A stretch of DNA of 63,658 nt, filler included, from Rhabdomonas costata (GCA_019059605.1; 48 parts of 48 records of this genome joined end to end with filler, not necessarily neighbours in it), one strand, 5' to 3'. Shown: positions 25,401-39,496, numbered from the whole stretch's first letter. Translations and numbers: made by a program. The notes: a model not told the origin generated them from the sequence alone.

Positions 25401-27731
25401 GGCGCGGGGTGGCTACGGAGGAAACCCATCGCCCCCTTCCACCCCCCGCCCCACCTCCGCATGCAAGTGCCTGTATTTATACGTAAACCAATGTGGGTGT
25501 GTGTGGTGGTGAAGCGGTGGATTCTACGCCGTGCACGAAACTCCACTGCACCAAACGCTGACAAAAAGTACTCTGCGGGACCCTCCTTTCGCCCATCCTG
25601 AACCGCCAGGACTTGGCTGGGGGTTCGCATGGCCATCGAACTCAACTATCAAAAACCCTTGCTACACGAGTTCTCTTATTGGGTCTCTATATCACCTTCC
25701 TTAAGTTACATTTGGGCAGCCTATTCAAAGGGCTTTTGGGACTTATATTCAGGGGGTAACTGAAATGGCCTTGCGGATCCTCTTTTCCAAATCCGGAGTA
25801 CTGTGGAATTGTATGCAACGAGTCTTGCCGCGGGTCAATACTGTGAGGGTGAGTTGTCCAAAGGGGTGCCCGCACAAACCGAGTGCCACCGGGTACCAAA
25901 ATATATATAGAGTCGCACGCTGAATGCGCGTGATTTACGGTTTCACTGGGGGAAAAGGTTCGTGAGACATTTTCCGCTCTTTTCGAAAGTCAAACAATCG
26001 CAACACATAACAACGAGAGGACGAGCATCCGTCCTTCCCCGAAAGAAGGGAAGGCGTTGGGGCGCTCTTTCACCCACTAGCAGGCGATACCCGATCTCAC
26101 CCATATGGGCTGCAATGTTGAGTCGGGATGCGGGCCCCTGATACAAAGTGCCACCCCACTTGAATTTCGAAACAGCCATGATATATTGTTGCTGGCAGCA
26201 GCCAGCCGGACAGTATCCTAGCCTGAAGTTCTTTCTCTTATGGAAAGCAGCCGGAAAGCTAAATGGATAAGCATTCTCCCGTGGATGAGGTCCTCCTGGT
26301 CTGTATCCTTGGGTATGCTGAGAAGCACCGGCCGAAAGCGTAACCTCACAAAAAAAAACAAAAAAATGGCACATGAAATTCAGTTCAACCCAAAAAAAAT
26401 AGTCCACGAGGACTCGTTAAAACATGGGGGTTTCTCACATCGCATCCCGAATCACAGCGACACATGGGGCAACATGTTATTCCTTGAACCCTGAAACAAC
26501 CCCCCCCCNNNNNNNNNNNNNNNNNNNNNNNNNNNNNNNNNNNNNNNNNNNNTTAATTAATTAANNNNNNNNNNNNNNNNNNNNNNNNNNNNNNNNNNNN
26601 NNNNNNNNGGGGTGGGTTTTTCAAGCCATGCCTTGGCACAGAGTCTGCATCTGAAGGTTCCGTGACGCAGCCACTGGCGTGCAAAGGTACCCAACTGTAT
26701 TTTTTCCGCCGATACACAACCTAAATGGAAACCATAACTTGCAAGAAGAGCTTCTAACCCAACCTTGTGCGAAGACCAACGAAGGCATGGGAACCAAAGC
26801 AAACAGATGGGCCGATGGTACAGGCAGAAAGAAGGAGTTGGAAACTGCAACCGAACGCTGCACACGAAAAGGGATGTTGCCTGCAACCCGACCACGAACA
26901 ACAACACCCACGCCCCCTCCAAAAAAAAGGAGGGGAAAAGACTGAGTCGTCAACCTCAGCGGCTGGCAATAAGTCCGACCCTCATAATGGGGAGGGCTGG
27001 CCAGCCTTCCATGCTACTGAAATGGAGAGCAATCCGACAACGTTACGCAGCCTCAAGCGACATCAGAGAAGCCGAGGTTTCCATTCCGCTGACACCCATG
27101 AAAAGAGCCAGGCGGAAGTCAGTGTGCGCAAAAGGTGTAGATCGCAGTGTGCCAAATGAGGGAGAGAAACAAAGCGTAAGGTATCGTGGATAGTACAAGA
27201 AGACAGCAATTCTAGAGACCCGATCACTAAACTGGCAAGATGCAGCCAAGGCAAAACCAAGGCAGGAGAAATATCACAGGACAAGAAAGACAAAAAGGCA
27301 GAGACGTGTACGAGCCAGCGCCCAAGTCTTCCCACTCCACATCCATGGTCTCTTCCGGCGAAGGGTTCCCAACTTCAACACCAAAATGAGATGAGAACTC
27401 AGCGCCCCATCTCATGTTCGCCCATTAGACGGCAGCACTGCAGACAGGAGAACTCGTGTTTGCCAGTGCAAACAAGAAAAACGGAGCCATGCACGACACA
27501 TCCACAGAGATCAAGAGCTGTGAGAGAACACTCTGCCGAGAGTGAAGCAGAAATGCTCCACGTGCAAAACAGAATAGCACGGGGGCTGGGGAAGGGCGAT
27601 CGCTAAATCGCAGGACGAATCAGCGAACCCGACGACACCGGTAACACCTGGGAAGAAGTATGTCAGGGAAGCATATCTCCACGCCTGACCCACGTGCAAA
27701 GTTCTGATGAGCATGTGCGGGCGGGGGTGCC

Positions 27732-27817
27732 GCACACGCACACGCACACGCACACGCACACGCACACGCACACGCACACGTACACGCACACGCACACGTA
27801 CACGCACGCGCACACGC
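27732..27817 (+). repeat. (GCACAC)n hexanucleotide microsatellite
   Basis: Directly visible. Confidence 0.95.
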
Positions 27818-28709
27818 AGTTTCATGGTGAACATCACNNNNNNNNNNNNNNNNNNNNNNNNNNNNNNNNNNNNNNNNNNNNTTAATTAATTAANNNNNNN
27901 NNNNNNNNNNNNNNNNNNNNNNNNNNNNNNNNNNNNNGGGGGTGTGGAAATCAGGTTGCTCAAAGCTTCCGCTTGAGTGCCTCTGCTCCTAAAAATATCT
28001 TTCGGAAACCTCTCCTTTGAGAAACCTGATTTCCACACTTGCTTCTCCACTGGCCTTTGCTCTGCACCACTGCCTTCTCCCAAAAGCTGTCCTTACAAAC
28101 TGCCTGCTTCTAACTCGCTTTTTCTACTGCCCTCGCACAGATTTACGAATTTCTTGAACAACTTCAAAGCCTCAACTTATCTCTGCTCTTGAAACGAACT
28201 CCTCTGAGCTCATTAACAACTTCTGAGACTAATCAAGCTACTACGCTACTACTAAAATCTTGTCTGGCTCACCAAGCTGTCTCTTTTATTTTATATCACA
28301 AAACGTTCTTCCAACGTATGCTTAGCCGTTACACCATCCCATGCTAGGACGGAGGATGCACTTCTGCCACCAACGTACGATCATTCCAACGGCGTAGCTC
28401 TTCTTGCTGAATGATTCTTACCACAAGAAAGCTTCATTTTATACGATTCAAACTTTCGTTCTCTTTACCAAAAGCATTCGCACTGGAGAAACAACACAGC
28501 ACTCCACCTCCACAACAACTTTGTTCACCGCTCAAAGTCCCGCGGCGATCACACCAACGACAAAGAACGTAGCTCATTAGCGAAAGTACTCTCTGCTGCT
28601 CGACCTGAAAGGTAACAACACACAGCAACAAAGACAACTCAAATCAGCTCTTCGTCAAACACTACGAAATCTTCTGCTATCCAATACGAAGCTCTACGAA
28701 GTTCCTTCT

Positions 28710-29146
28710 TCACCAACCACCATAACCAACCACATACGAAAACAACTTAGTCCACTGAGGCCTCGGCCTCAGCCGACCCTCATCCGTGAGGTATAACCTC
28801 CTTTCCATTCCACACATCGCACAGTCATTGCCTTCAACAACTCATACCACGGTGCTGGCACCCAGTTAGGCGTCACCAGTAGCACCCTTGACCCTTCCAC
28901 ACGAATCGTTTTCAACACTAGTGCATTAAGGTTGCGCGGTGGGTGCGCATACAAACACACTTCAGGACTCGACACATATGCGAACGCGTTTCACCATAAC
29001 GCTTACTCGTCATCATCTTCCAGTGTGAAATACCTTGGAAGCTGATGATACCTTTTCAACGCAAACAAGTCCACACACGGTACGACTAACAAATTGCTAC
29101 ACATAGTCATAATGATTGTTGGTTCCACCTTCACCTCCTCTTCCAT
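28710..29146 (-). pseudogene. DIRS-type (Dam-like) N6-adenine methyltransferase domain, disrupted
   Basis: Manual translation: PCVDLFALKRYHQLPRYFTLEDDDE*ALW*NAFAYVSSPEVCLYAHPP...RVLLVTPNWVPAPWYELL. It shows DLFA, NAF, Y.[N/H]PP and P.W...PWY motifs, two stops and one frameshift. Confidence 0.78.
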
Positions 29147-29265
29147 CCCGAAATTTGGGAGAGGANNNNNNNNNNNNNNNNNNNNNNNNNNNNNNNNNNN
29201 NNNNNNNNNTTAATTAATTAANNNNNNNNNNNNNNNNNNNNNNNNNNNNNNNNNNNNNNNNNNNN

Positions 29266-30173
29266 TCAAGTGCTGCGGGTGCTGCTTTCGCTGCGATTCT
29301 TGGTGCCCTCGTTCTGCCTCCTGGTAATCGCCGCGGGGGGGATGGTGGGCATCCTGCCAACCCACTTCACCAGCAAAACTATGGTCCGCGTGGTGGCCCA
29401 AAATGGGCAGACGCGGCTTCTCGACTCTGTCGCGGATCTCGTCTTTCGTTTCATTGACAGGTGGCCTCCGCATCTTCTAAGTTTTCATATCTTTTATCTC
29501 TGGAGAGAGGCTTTCTGCGGTGACCGAGCGTTTTTGTTTTGGAAACATGTAAACTGGTCTCACGGGGATCCGAACATCGGACATTGCATGATGTACATCA
29601 ATTCCTCTGTTTGTCGTTCTCGGGGTCTTCCATCAGCTCCATCTATCCTCCTCTGCGGGCGTCCGGAACTGCACCAATCGTCAGCGGGCACCCCCATGCA
29701 TTTCAGAGCTTTAGGGCCTCTTTTCGACTTATTCGAATTGTCAAAGGGCTGGAAAGGACCTTTTTATGGACCTGGCCTGCATACCAAATGAAAGTTTTTT
29801 TGCCGCATATGCTCAGCACTCCTCATCTCATCTGTATCATTTTTGCACGCTGAAGTCATTTTTGTCCTTTTTTTTTGATGGGCGACTTGGACAGGTTTAG
29901 TTTGGAAGGCCAGCACGAGTGACTCAGCCAGGTTTACTTTCGCTTTTTCGCAGAGCCGAAATGCTCATGGACTACAATCTGTACAACTTCCGCTCCGGGC
30001 TGTACCAGGCTGATCCCCAAAGTTTCATGCCACTCTTCTTCGCGCAAGTCAACAACACGGACTTCGTTTCCTCCTTCTCATTCTCGCCTAGGCGGGACAA
30101 CGGGTTCTACGGGGTCTATGGGTACTATCATCCTCCCAACACCTCCGCAGTCAGCATGTGGGACTACAATCAG
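29266..30173 (+). CDS. Receptor-type protein: N-terminal TM helix plus extracellular sensor region (exons <29266-29460, 29954-30173)
   Basis: SLRFLVPSFCLLVIAAGGMVGIL (TM), then a helical stalk. Phase-2 splice joins into RAEMLMDYN...GFYGVYGY, with N-glycosylation sequons. Confidence 0.55.
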
Positions 30174-32057
30174 GTGTACTTTTGTTTCTTTCTTATTATA
30201 TCTAATTGTGAAGCGCTCCCTTTTTCCCGCGTGCATTTTTTTGGTGGTGGTGGTGCTGGTGGGGTGTTCAACGTTTAGGACCGCTAAACGTTTAACGATC
30301 ATCGCCCAATGTAATGTTCCAACCCATCAACCTCAACCCGCCGCGGCACTGGCCTCCGCACCTAAAAACTTGAATCCTTTTTGTAGTGCAATCTCCTGGG
30401 AACCCTTCATGGCCGTGGCGTACTGACCTAAACGTTTAACGTTTAACGTTTAACGCCCCCCCCAAAAAAAAATACAATTGACCCAACAACNNNNNNNNNN
30501 NNNNNNNNNNNNNNNNNNNNNNNNNNNNNNNNNNTTAATTAATTAANNNNNNNNNNNNNNNNNNNNNNNNNNNNNNNNNNNNNNNNNNNNGGGTGGTGGG
30601 GCTCTTCTTTCTTTTGGTCCAGCGCAGGCTCCTCGGACGAAAATCGCGCCAATTTATCTGCCAGGGTTCGCCTGACTTGAAGAACCGCTGCCTTCTCAGC
30701 ATTCGCTGAAAGGAAAAGCAGCATACCTGTCAAAAGGCTGGATGGAGATGGATGGAGAAAGAAAGTCCCTGTGCAAGAAGCTAGAGGCTGCCTTCGGAGG
30801 AAAATTCAGAAAAGAAAATTCAGAAGAGGGAAATCAAGAAAAGAAATCAGGAAAACAGAGAATAGAAAAAGAGAGTGAACAAGGTCTTGGAACTCTAATT
30901 TTCATTCCTTTACCAACCACTCCTTTGGAAGACCTGTTATTTCCGATCTCAACTTTTGAAATTTTTTGGCGGGGAGGGGCATTTTGCAAGCACCTGCTTC
31001 GATCTGGATCTTCATTTGCTGACATTTCGCCTCAATCTCCTGCTTTTCGAGCTCAAGAGTTTGTCTTTCCCCCTGTCACACACACACAAACATGCACATA
31101 CAGCCTTTCAAATTCGAGCTACAAATTAACCTACAAATTAACAGGTTCTAGCAGAGAATGAACACCTCAACAGTTTGGCACTGCTTCAGTATTTCTGCAA
31201 ACATTCTGAAAAACGTTGGGGAAAAGCTGCAACGAGCAATGACTCAATGGACTCGCGGAAAGAATAGGGCATGCCCCCCCAAAACTATTGGCACTCCAAA
31301 CGGAGTGCCAATAGTGCAAACGGGAAAAGGTTATTAATTTTTAGGCTGGGCCACATTCTATATGGGGTATATTTGCGAGAAAAAAGCCTTCCCAGAGACC
31401 TCAGGTTAATTCAAACCTGCTTCAACTTAGGCCTCGGGCTGCGATAACAATCGTAACTTTCCCTTTCCCTCTGCCTTCCAGAAATATAATCTATCATTTG
31501 TGACCGATTCGCTTCACTTTATCATACTTTATTATGAAAAGAAAAAAAAACCACGAAACTTGCTTGTATACTGCTGCGTGGTGCTTGCTATACAACAAAC
31601 CAAATGCAACATGAGACCAGACTACAACACAACAAAAACAATATCAAACGGTAGATTTCTTTCAAATTTTTTCTCTTTGAGCAATAATATCAATTTTCAT
31701 AATCCTAATGGAATTCCTCTTCTGCACCTCTGCACCCCTTCCCTAAAAACAACACATATACCGCCGTCCTAATTAGAATGGATCCCAGGCAGGCGCAGAA
31801 AAAGCTTAAGGNNNNNNNNNNNNNNNNNNNNNNNNNNNNNNNNNNNNNNNNNNNNTTAATTAATTAANNNNNNNNNNNNNNNNNNNNNNNNNNNNNNNNN
31901 NNNNNNNNNNNTGTGTTTGGTGGGGGTGGGCCAAAATAACAGCTGCGGCTGTCGCCTGGCTTCATTTTCTTTATTTCTCTTAGAGTTCTCTTCGCTTGTT
32001 TGACCGCCGCACTCCCCCTTCGCGGTGGCCAACTGTGAGCCAATTTCCAAAATCAAA

Positions 32058-33131
32058 ATGAGTCTGCTGTTTACCCCTGTGAAGCTCCGCAGTGTGGAGC
32101 TTGCGAACCGAATCGTGGTGCCCCCGATGTGCCAGTACTCCGCCACCGAGGGCATTGCCGGAGACTGGCACCTGATGCACCTCGGAAAGCTGGCCGTGTC
32201 TGGGGTGGGGCTGATTATCGTCGAGGCGACGGCTGTTAACATGACCGGCCGGGTCAGCCCCAAGGACCTCGCGCTTTGCTCGGATGAGCAGGAGGCCGCT
32301 CTGGCCCGAGTTGTGGAGTTTTGCCGGAAGCAAGGGCTGGTCAAGATGGGGATCCAGCTGAACCACGCGGGGCGCAAGGCGTCCACCTCGGTACCCTTCC
32401 TTCAGGTTTGCCATGCTCTGTGTGTGTGGGGTTGCCAATAGCTGCAGCTTCGAGTTGTCGAGGGTCAAGGGCTTGGTATCTTGACCGTGTGAAGCGGCGG
32501 GTGGCAACTCCAGTCATCAGTGCTCCTGGCAGTACTTTTTTCCTCCTGCAAGAATGCGTTCCCTTGGTTTTTCGTCATGCGGAGCTTAGGACAATTCACT
32601 TTGGAGGGTTGAGGGGGAGTGGTGACGAATACCAGTGGAATAAGTTTTCGTTTTGGAGAATATATTGTAAAAGTCTTTAGTCTAAAGGTCTCCCAGGTCA
32701 CGTTCCACCCCGGCCTGCTCCGGCTGCGCCGCGAACCGGCCTCCACCACATCGCTGGTCTTCGCCCCAAAGCTAATGCTGTCCTATTCCTCCGCATCCCA
32801 GCCATGGACTAGTCCTTAGCACAGGACCAGATTTGACATGCAAAACAATACTCATCCATTCCCCACTTACGCGACGATGCTGTGACCCAGGAAGTTACCC
32901 AAACAACCGCGATACCGCGGACTGTCGTCCCAATCCGTGCGTCGGTAATCTGGGCCCTTTTCTAATTGCTCTGTTTTCGTCCCTTCTCTATTGTGTATTA
33001 CTCTCTCGTATGGCTCAGGGTCCCGTGCAGCTTTGTGCGGAAAAGGGTGGCTGGCCCACCGAGGCACCCTCGCCCATCCCCTTCGTTGCCACCGACCCTC
33101 CCCCACGGGAGCTCTCCGAGCCAGACATGAA
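32058..33131 (+). CDS. NADH:flavin oxidoreductase / Old Yellow Enzyme, YqjM-like (exons 32058-32405, 33019->33131)
   Basis: MSLLFTPVKL...NRIVVPPMCQYSA...WHLMHLG...GLIIVEATAV...GIQLNHAGRKAS|...GGWPTEAPSPIPF. Confidence 0.95.
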
Positions 33132-34597
33132 CCACAACCNNNNNNNNNNNNNNNNNNNNNNNNNNNNNNNNNNNNNNNNNNNNTTAATTAATTAANNNNN
33201 NNNNNNNNNNNNNNNNNNNNNNNNNNNNNNNNNNNNNNNGGTTGGGGGGGGGGCGTGAGTTTGCTGAGCGTGTTTGGTGCGGTGGCTTCCTTTTGGTTGG
33301 GTTCCGCTTTTGAGAGTGTGCCTGGTGTCGCGGGTCTTGCGTTGGTGCTCACACCCACCACGACGCACCACACCAAGCCCCCCAACCCGTACACAGAAGC
33401 ACCATTCCAACCACCATACATCACACGAAACTGCTTCGAAACCGAGACACCCTACGCACCCACACCACAAGCTCCGAATTCGTACACCCGACCCCAGCCC
33501 CTGCGCACCTGACACAAACAGCACAATCCCTACGCACAAAACCCAGACACCTGAGAAGCGAAACCGAAACCGTAGCCCAAACAACTTGTGTACAACCATG
33601 CCCAAATGGCATCACCCACCCTGATCCCGAACACAGAATGTCGAACGGAGACCAAGAAGACAGAAACGCAATATCAGCCCCACGAGTTAAGCAGTGTAGC
33701 CTCCACCAGCACCCCGACACCCAGCATACCGACACCGAACCACTCCATACTGACAGAAACCTTGACCCAGAACGCCGACTCAGAACCACAACACAGAACC
33801 CCAAAACATGAACCTATGAACCCATAATACAGGAACTCAAACACCCCAAGACGCGAAATCGAACCACGAATGGTCAAAATCAGCCAGTAATACTGCGCAT
33901 GAATACCATCTGACACCGAACCCCATCGACAAGGAGAAGCAAACCAGAAATACATCCCACGACAATACCCCCGAACCCCAAATCCAGAAACACAGACCCA
34001 AGCAGAAACCACCCCCATCATGAGAAATACACCCTGACCCTAACCATACCTGACAGGAAAAAATCTACCATGAAGTATAGGTCCACAAACCAACACCACG
34101 AGCAGAATCAGCACGTGATGGAGTCATATAGCGTCTTATAGCTTATACCACACTAATCACGCAGTACCAGACAAAACGTCGTCAAGTCAGCTTAGCGAAG
34201 TACCACCAATGTCACGCCACCATGTTCCGACTTCGCTGTGGAGTAAGCCACGAGCTTAAACACCAAGTTCACAAATCCGTCAGCAGATGTTACAAATTTA
34301 CCACATGAAAATGATTCACTACACGCAGCAATGGAGCGTCCGGACCCCCTTTCACCTCACTACACTCACAAAGTAGCGACAACGTGGTCGCACTCTCGAA
34401 CCACTGAGCAAACAAAGTCCTGCTAAGGACAATAATACAGGAGTGAAACTACCACTTACACAAAACANNNNNNNNNNNNNNNNNNNNNNNNNNNNNNNNN
34501 NNNNNNNNNNNTTAATTAATTAANNNNNNNNNNNNNNNNNNNNNNNNNNNNNNNNNNNNNNNNNNNNTTTTTTAGCGATTTGTCTGCTCTTTTCCCG

Positions 34598-35731
34598 ATG
34601 GCTTCGGACGGGGCTGGTGGGCTGTCGCTGCCGATGGAACTGTGGACTCTTGTGCTGGCGAGTCTGCACCCTCGTGAGGTTTTGCGGGTGTGTCTGTGGG
34701 GCGCGTCGAGCTGGCTGGTGCTGTTGGGAGCGGAGCACCTGCGGGCCCACCCCCGGCCTCGTGTGTTCACGGGACACGGCCGCACCATATTCGGCTGCGC
34801 GTTCTCCCCCTCAGGTGAGTCCCCTACATGATGAAAGGGTCCTTTATTCTTTATACTTTCACAGTATTGCTATGCCCTACGTCCTTTTTATTGCTCACTA
34901 ACAATTGTACCGTGAATGACCGTTTGTGTCTTAAGTCCGCTTTTGCTCTGTTTCTGGGAGCCCTTTTGCAAACCTCCGCGATCTTTTCTGTCCTCCCTGA
35001 GCCTAGCTGGATGAATGTGTTGTCATCTGGGTTCAGCGGACAGCCTCACCAAGGCGGCTTAATCCTCCGTTTTATTCCCGGCGAAGAGCCTGATTTCTGC
35101 GAGAGTCATCGAGTTTCTAGAGGGTGTCATGGCGGAACCCAGTTTCCATTCGTTGGTGGAAAGGTTCGGCCCTTATCATCTAATGATATAACTAAGCGAA
35201 CAGTTCGGAAAATCAAACCTATCTCCAGTTTCTTCGCACCTTTGTATACGATAAAACCTGCACATTTTCTTTCTTTTTTTGTTGCGTCTTTGTTACCAAA
35301 ACTATGTGAATCGTGGTCCATGCGTGATAACTGGTGCGTCCGCGCACTTGGACGGATTGGCAGTGGCCTCGTGTCAGGTTTTTATCCTTTAAGCGGAGGG
35401 CACGGGTACGATCGGTCTCCTTCATTTGTTCATTTTGCCTACAAAGTTGTGCACCTTATTTCGCGTGTTATCTAGCAATCTTGCTGCAGTTGCCAGAGTC
35501 AGAGTTTCACGTCCTCTTATTTTCTGATATTTTTGGTGGTTGTAGCCAAGCCTCTGCATCAAAGAAAGGTTGGGCATAGCATCCTTGAGGGTCATATTTG
35601 GAGTCTCTGTGTGGGTGTGGGTGTGTTTGTATCTGCAGGTGCCCAGATCGCCTCCTGCTCCAGTGACAACACCGTAAGAGTGTGGGACGCCTTCACTGGT
35701 GTGGAGGTGAGGACGCTGCTGCGGCACACCG
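34598..35731 (+). CDS. F-box-like + WD40 protein (exons 34598-34814, 35639-35731)
   Basis: SLPMELWTLVLASLHPREV (F-box). Phase-1 splice gives FTGHGRTIFGCAFSPS|GAQIASCSSDNTVRVWD (WD40). Confidence 0.88.
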
Positions 35732-37873
35732 GTCGGCTTTGCTTTTGTTCTAACTGGGTTCCCCTCCAGCTTTCCCTTGTGTGCCACACCCCACNNNNNN
35801 NNNNNNNNNNNNNNNNNNNNNNNNNNNNNNNNNNNNNNTTAATTAATTAANNNNNNNNNNNNNNNNNNNNNNNNNNNNNNNNNNNNNNNNNNNNTGTTGT
35901 GCAAAGAGAACAGCCAACAAGTCGAAGCAGCGGCAAGAATATACAAAGAAGGGAGGGGGTGATTCAATAGTGGTGAATAGTGGGGCTCACTCGAAGACCG
36001 AAGACCGGAAGCACACGGAAAAAGGGGGGTGTTAGAAAGAGCGCCATGAAACCCTGGGAATGAGAAAAGGGGGCTTCACCTGTACAAGAAGGGCCGTTTG
36101 AGAAAAAGCTGAAGGGGAGGAGGGCACACAATACATTTAGGTTGGTCGGGGGCGGGAGCACAATTTGAGGGAAAAACGTGAAATGCAAGCGGAAACGGAC
36201 AAAGCTTGACACCTGGTCTGTGTGCCTTGCGTGTGCCCTGTATGCTTGTGGAGGTCTCCGGGTATAAAAAAATCGTGAACCTGGCAAAATGCTCAACTCG
36301 CCTGACTTTGAGGGCAACCGCATGCAAGGGTTAACCATCAAAATAGGCGAGTCTTGGAGTTTCCCACTTGCATCCAGCACACAAATGCACCACAAGCATG
36401 TGAGCGAATGAATACCTTCTCATAAAGCTCCACCAACTGATCCAGTTTAGGCACCGGCAACGACCTCCAGCAGTGCAACACCTCGGAGTCCGTTGGGGCC
36501 TCGGATGGGGAGACCATACAAAGAGAGCCCTCTGCGTAACAAAAGCGGACATCCATTTCCCCTTTATCCTCGCGTATTCCCCAAAAGTACAGAGCTCACA
36601 GGTGACCTAAAGTTCGTGCACCCCCAAGCCAGACTCAAATCCAGTACCTCTGCCCCCCTCGCTCACCGCCCATCATTTGGTCTGCTCTAAATTCACCCTC
36701 TGCCGTCACTTCCACCTGCTGTACTTCATTAATGCTCTGTATGCGCACAAAAACACACACTCCCTCTACTTGTACCCGATCTCACAGAACCCAACACCCC
36801 TACACTCCTCAAAGACTCACACTGCCAACCCCCCGAAGAATAACTTCGGGGGAGGAGCATTAAAGATGAAGAACGATCAAGAAGCCGACCAAACTGTCCC
36901 GTCATGTACCAGGACAACGCCGAAGAGGGCCGTACAACACCCCTGTCACCTTTCACCTCTACAACCAAAATGAGGAGCGACAACAACAATTAAACACGGC
37001 GCATTTCCCGCCCTATCAAGTGCAATTATGCCCCCCCCCTTTCCATGCAAAATCTTTTATTGCAATCCCAGGAGACCCATGCATCGCCTCCTAACCCACC
37101 ACACCACACACACCCACCACANNNNNNNNNNNNNNNNNNNNNNNNNNNNNNNNNNNNNNNNNNNNTTAATTAATTAANNNNNNNNNNNNNNNNNNNNNNN
37201 NNNNNNNNNNNNNNNNNNNNNTGTGGTGGTTGGACTCATTCGGCCACCACGTCCAGGGACCCGCTGTGTGGGCTGCTGCCCAACATCACCTTCATGCCGG
37301 TCACAGGTTCGTGCTTGGTGCCCGAATGAGTCCAACCATAAATTGGAGTGGCTTTAAATGAAAAGTCAGTTAGCGCAGCAAATGCATCGGAAGGCTTCCA
37401 AACGCAATCTCATCGCAGTGGGATGCACCAAAGAAAATTCTAATGAGGGCTGAAAGGGCAGGGAAAAGCAGCATGAGAAATGCGCTAACTTGAGTTATGT
37501 TCTTTTGGCTGTATAAGAAAGAGGGTTCTCCCGATTCCAACACAACAGCTTGGGAGGTTCAGTGCCTCCTTCTGTACTCCAGTCCAGTCCCAAATGGTCA
37601 CGTTTGCAATCCGCTGTGTGAAGGTACTTTGGTCGAATATACGGTCATTATCAAATATACACGATTTTGTCAGGAAGCACAGCGTTGCAGCGATAATTTG
37701 CAGAAAGAGCAGAATTTTTTTGGTTGTCCTGCGACGAACTGATGAATCGAGGGTAGTTTGTCATTTACGAGTGAGACTCTCGAGCAGTAACGGTGAGCAG
37801 CACCTTGTTTTCAGGGTTTCCATCATAAACACTTACCTACACAAGGACCCGCGACTAAGCACATGTCTCGCAG

Positions 37874-38448
37874 GAATTCCTCACCTCACGCTGCGCTGCC
37901 ACCTCCCAACGTCGGACTTCCAAGCGGCGGTCTCCGTGAGCGTGTTTATCAGCACCTTCGAGGTCAGCTCGATTCTGCTCTCTCTGGTTACCGATCCCTC
38001 GGACCGGCTCTTCGTGTCCCAGGCCACGCCCTCGGGGATCCTCATTGGAGCCAGCCACGGCAAGGTGTGTCTACGTGCGCGAGACCGAATTGATAGACAA
38101 AACCAAACAATGTCCGGAGTCTTGCTGTACAGTGACCCTAGCTACCCTTGCCTCGTGGCGAAATTGTGTGCAATTGCTTTTGTTAGAGACCTCTTCCCCA
38201 GAAGCCCCTGGGGGTCAGGACTATTACCACCGTTTTTGGTTTTGACCTTCACAGCTCTTGTGGCCAGAAGCACGGCTGCCCCAAAATCTGTCGGTCACGA
38301 CCGGTCCTCGCAACCGTTTTCCTTCTGCGTTGCAGTTCTTCAGCCACTCTCAGATCGACCTGCCGCGCAACGACCCCCTGATCCACCCCCCGCCTATCGC
38401 GAATTTCAGCCTGTTCACCCCGATGGATTCCACCGACCCCACCATCGC
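37874..38448 (+). CDS. Probable sensor-domain exons (37874-38064, 38336->38448)
   Basis: AAVSVSVFISTFEVSSILLSL...RLFV...SGILIGASHGK|FFSH...TPMDSTDPTI, with AG/GT borders in phase. Confidence 0.5.
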
Positions 38449-39496
38449 NNNNNNNNNNNNNNNNNNNNNNNNNNNNNNNNNNNNNNNNNNNNTTAATTAA
38501 TTAANNNNNNNNNNNNNNNNNNNNNNNNNNNNNNNNNNNNNNNNNNNNGATCGCCAACGTACAAAAACTCTCACCCGTTTCACACAGATCACTCAACGGC
38601 AAGAAACAGGAGGGCAAAGCTTCAGTTCCAACGCTTCGTGCTCCAAGCAAATCCCCGAAAAAAAAAAGGAAAAGTGAAAGGCAGAAAGGGATGTATCATG
38701 GAAGGGTTGTCAGCCATCACTAAAAGGCTGTACCTGCTGATGGCGTGCACTTGGGCAGAAGGGAACGTGCTCTTACCGTTTGCGTATTTTCCTGTGGTGC
38801 GTGGACGTGCTCTGGCCCTCCAAATGCTTTCACGGTAAAAAGATGCACATGGACGCGTTTTCAACCAGTGTTCTTTTTTGACCAGGGTGGGCTATAAATG
38901 GCAAAGAAGAAAATGACAAAAGACCACGCACAAGTGAGTAACCACAAGACAAACTGGGAGCCAGTATCACGTGGTGCCACCTCACACACGCAAACATCCA
39001 TCACACAGCTCAAAGCACTCTTTTAGAGATCTTTTGTCGGTTGCCGTCTTTTCTGGATGCATCGGTCCACGCCAGTGCAAAATATGTGCTTGGAAAAAAG
39101 AGGATTGGCCGAAGCCGCCATATCAAAAATAACTCAGAAAAAGTCTGCGGGGGAAAACAAAAGAAGCTAGAGAGCAGGAAAGCAGTTCTCCGATGGAAAA
39201 GTTGATGGCACTGCTCTGGGTGCATTGGCGGCGGAGTGCTCTTCGTGAGTAGAGTGTGGGTGTGATTGTGCTTGAATCGGTGTCCGACCACTAAACAGAA
39301 GCACGGGGGCTCAGTGGCTCTGGGTGGAAAGAAAAAACCTACGTGTAAGGCTGAGGAGTGGGGTGCGGATAGCAGTTAATTGCAGGGGTGAGGGGGAAAG
39401 GTCCCCGGCGCCCCGAGAAGCTCTCGCATGGCCCGGCGGTTGGGGAAGTCCGGCACTACCTCTCTGGGGCAGCGGCTCTTCCACCGCTGCCCGCAC

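Noticed and set aside
27511..27889. RV/HT/RT-repeat ORFs, and similar poly-K/EK ORFs at 50436-50721
   Set aside because: They are translations of microsatellites.
37594..38496. 300-aa ORF
   Set aside because: It is read-through of introns and linker; only the internal exons look coding.
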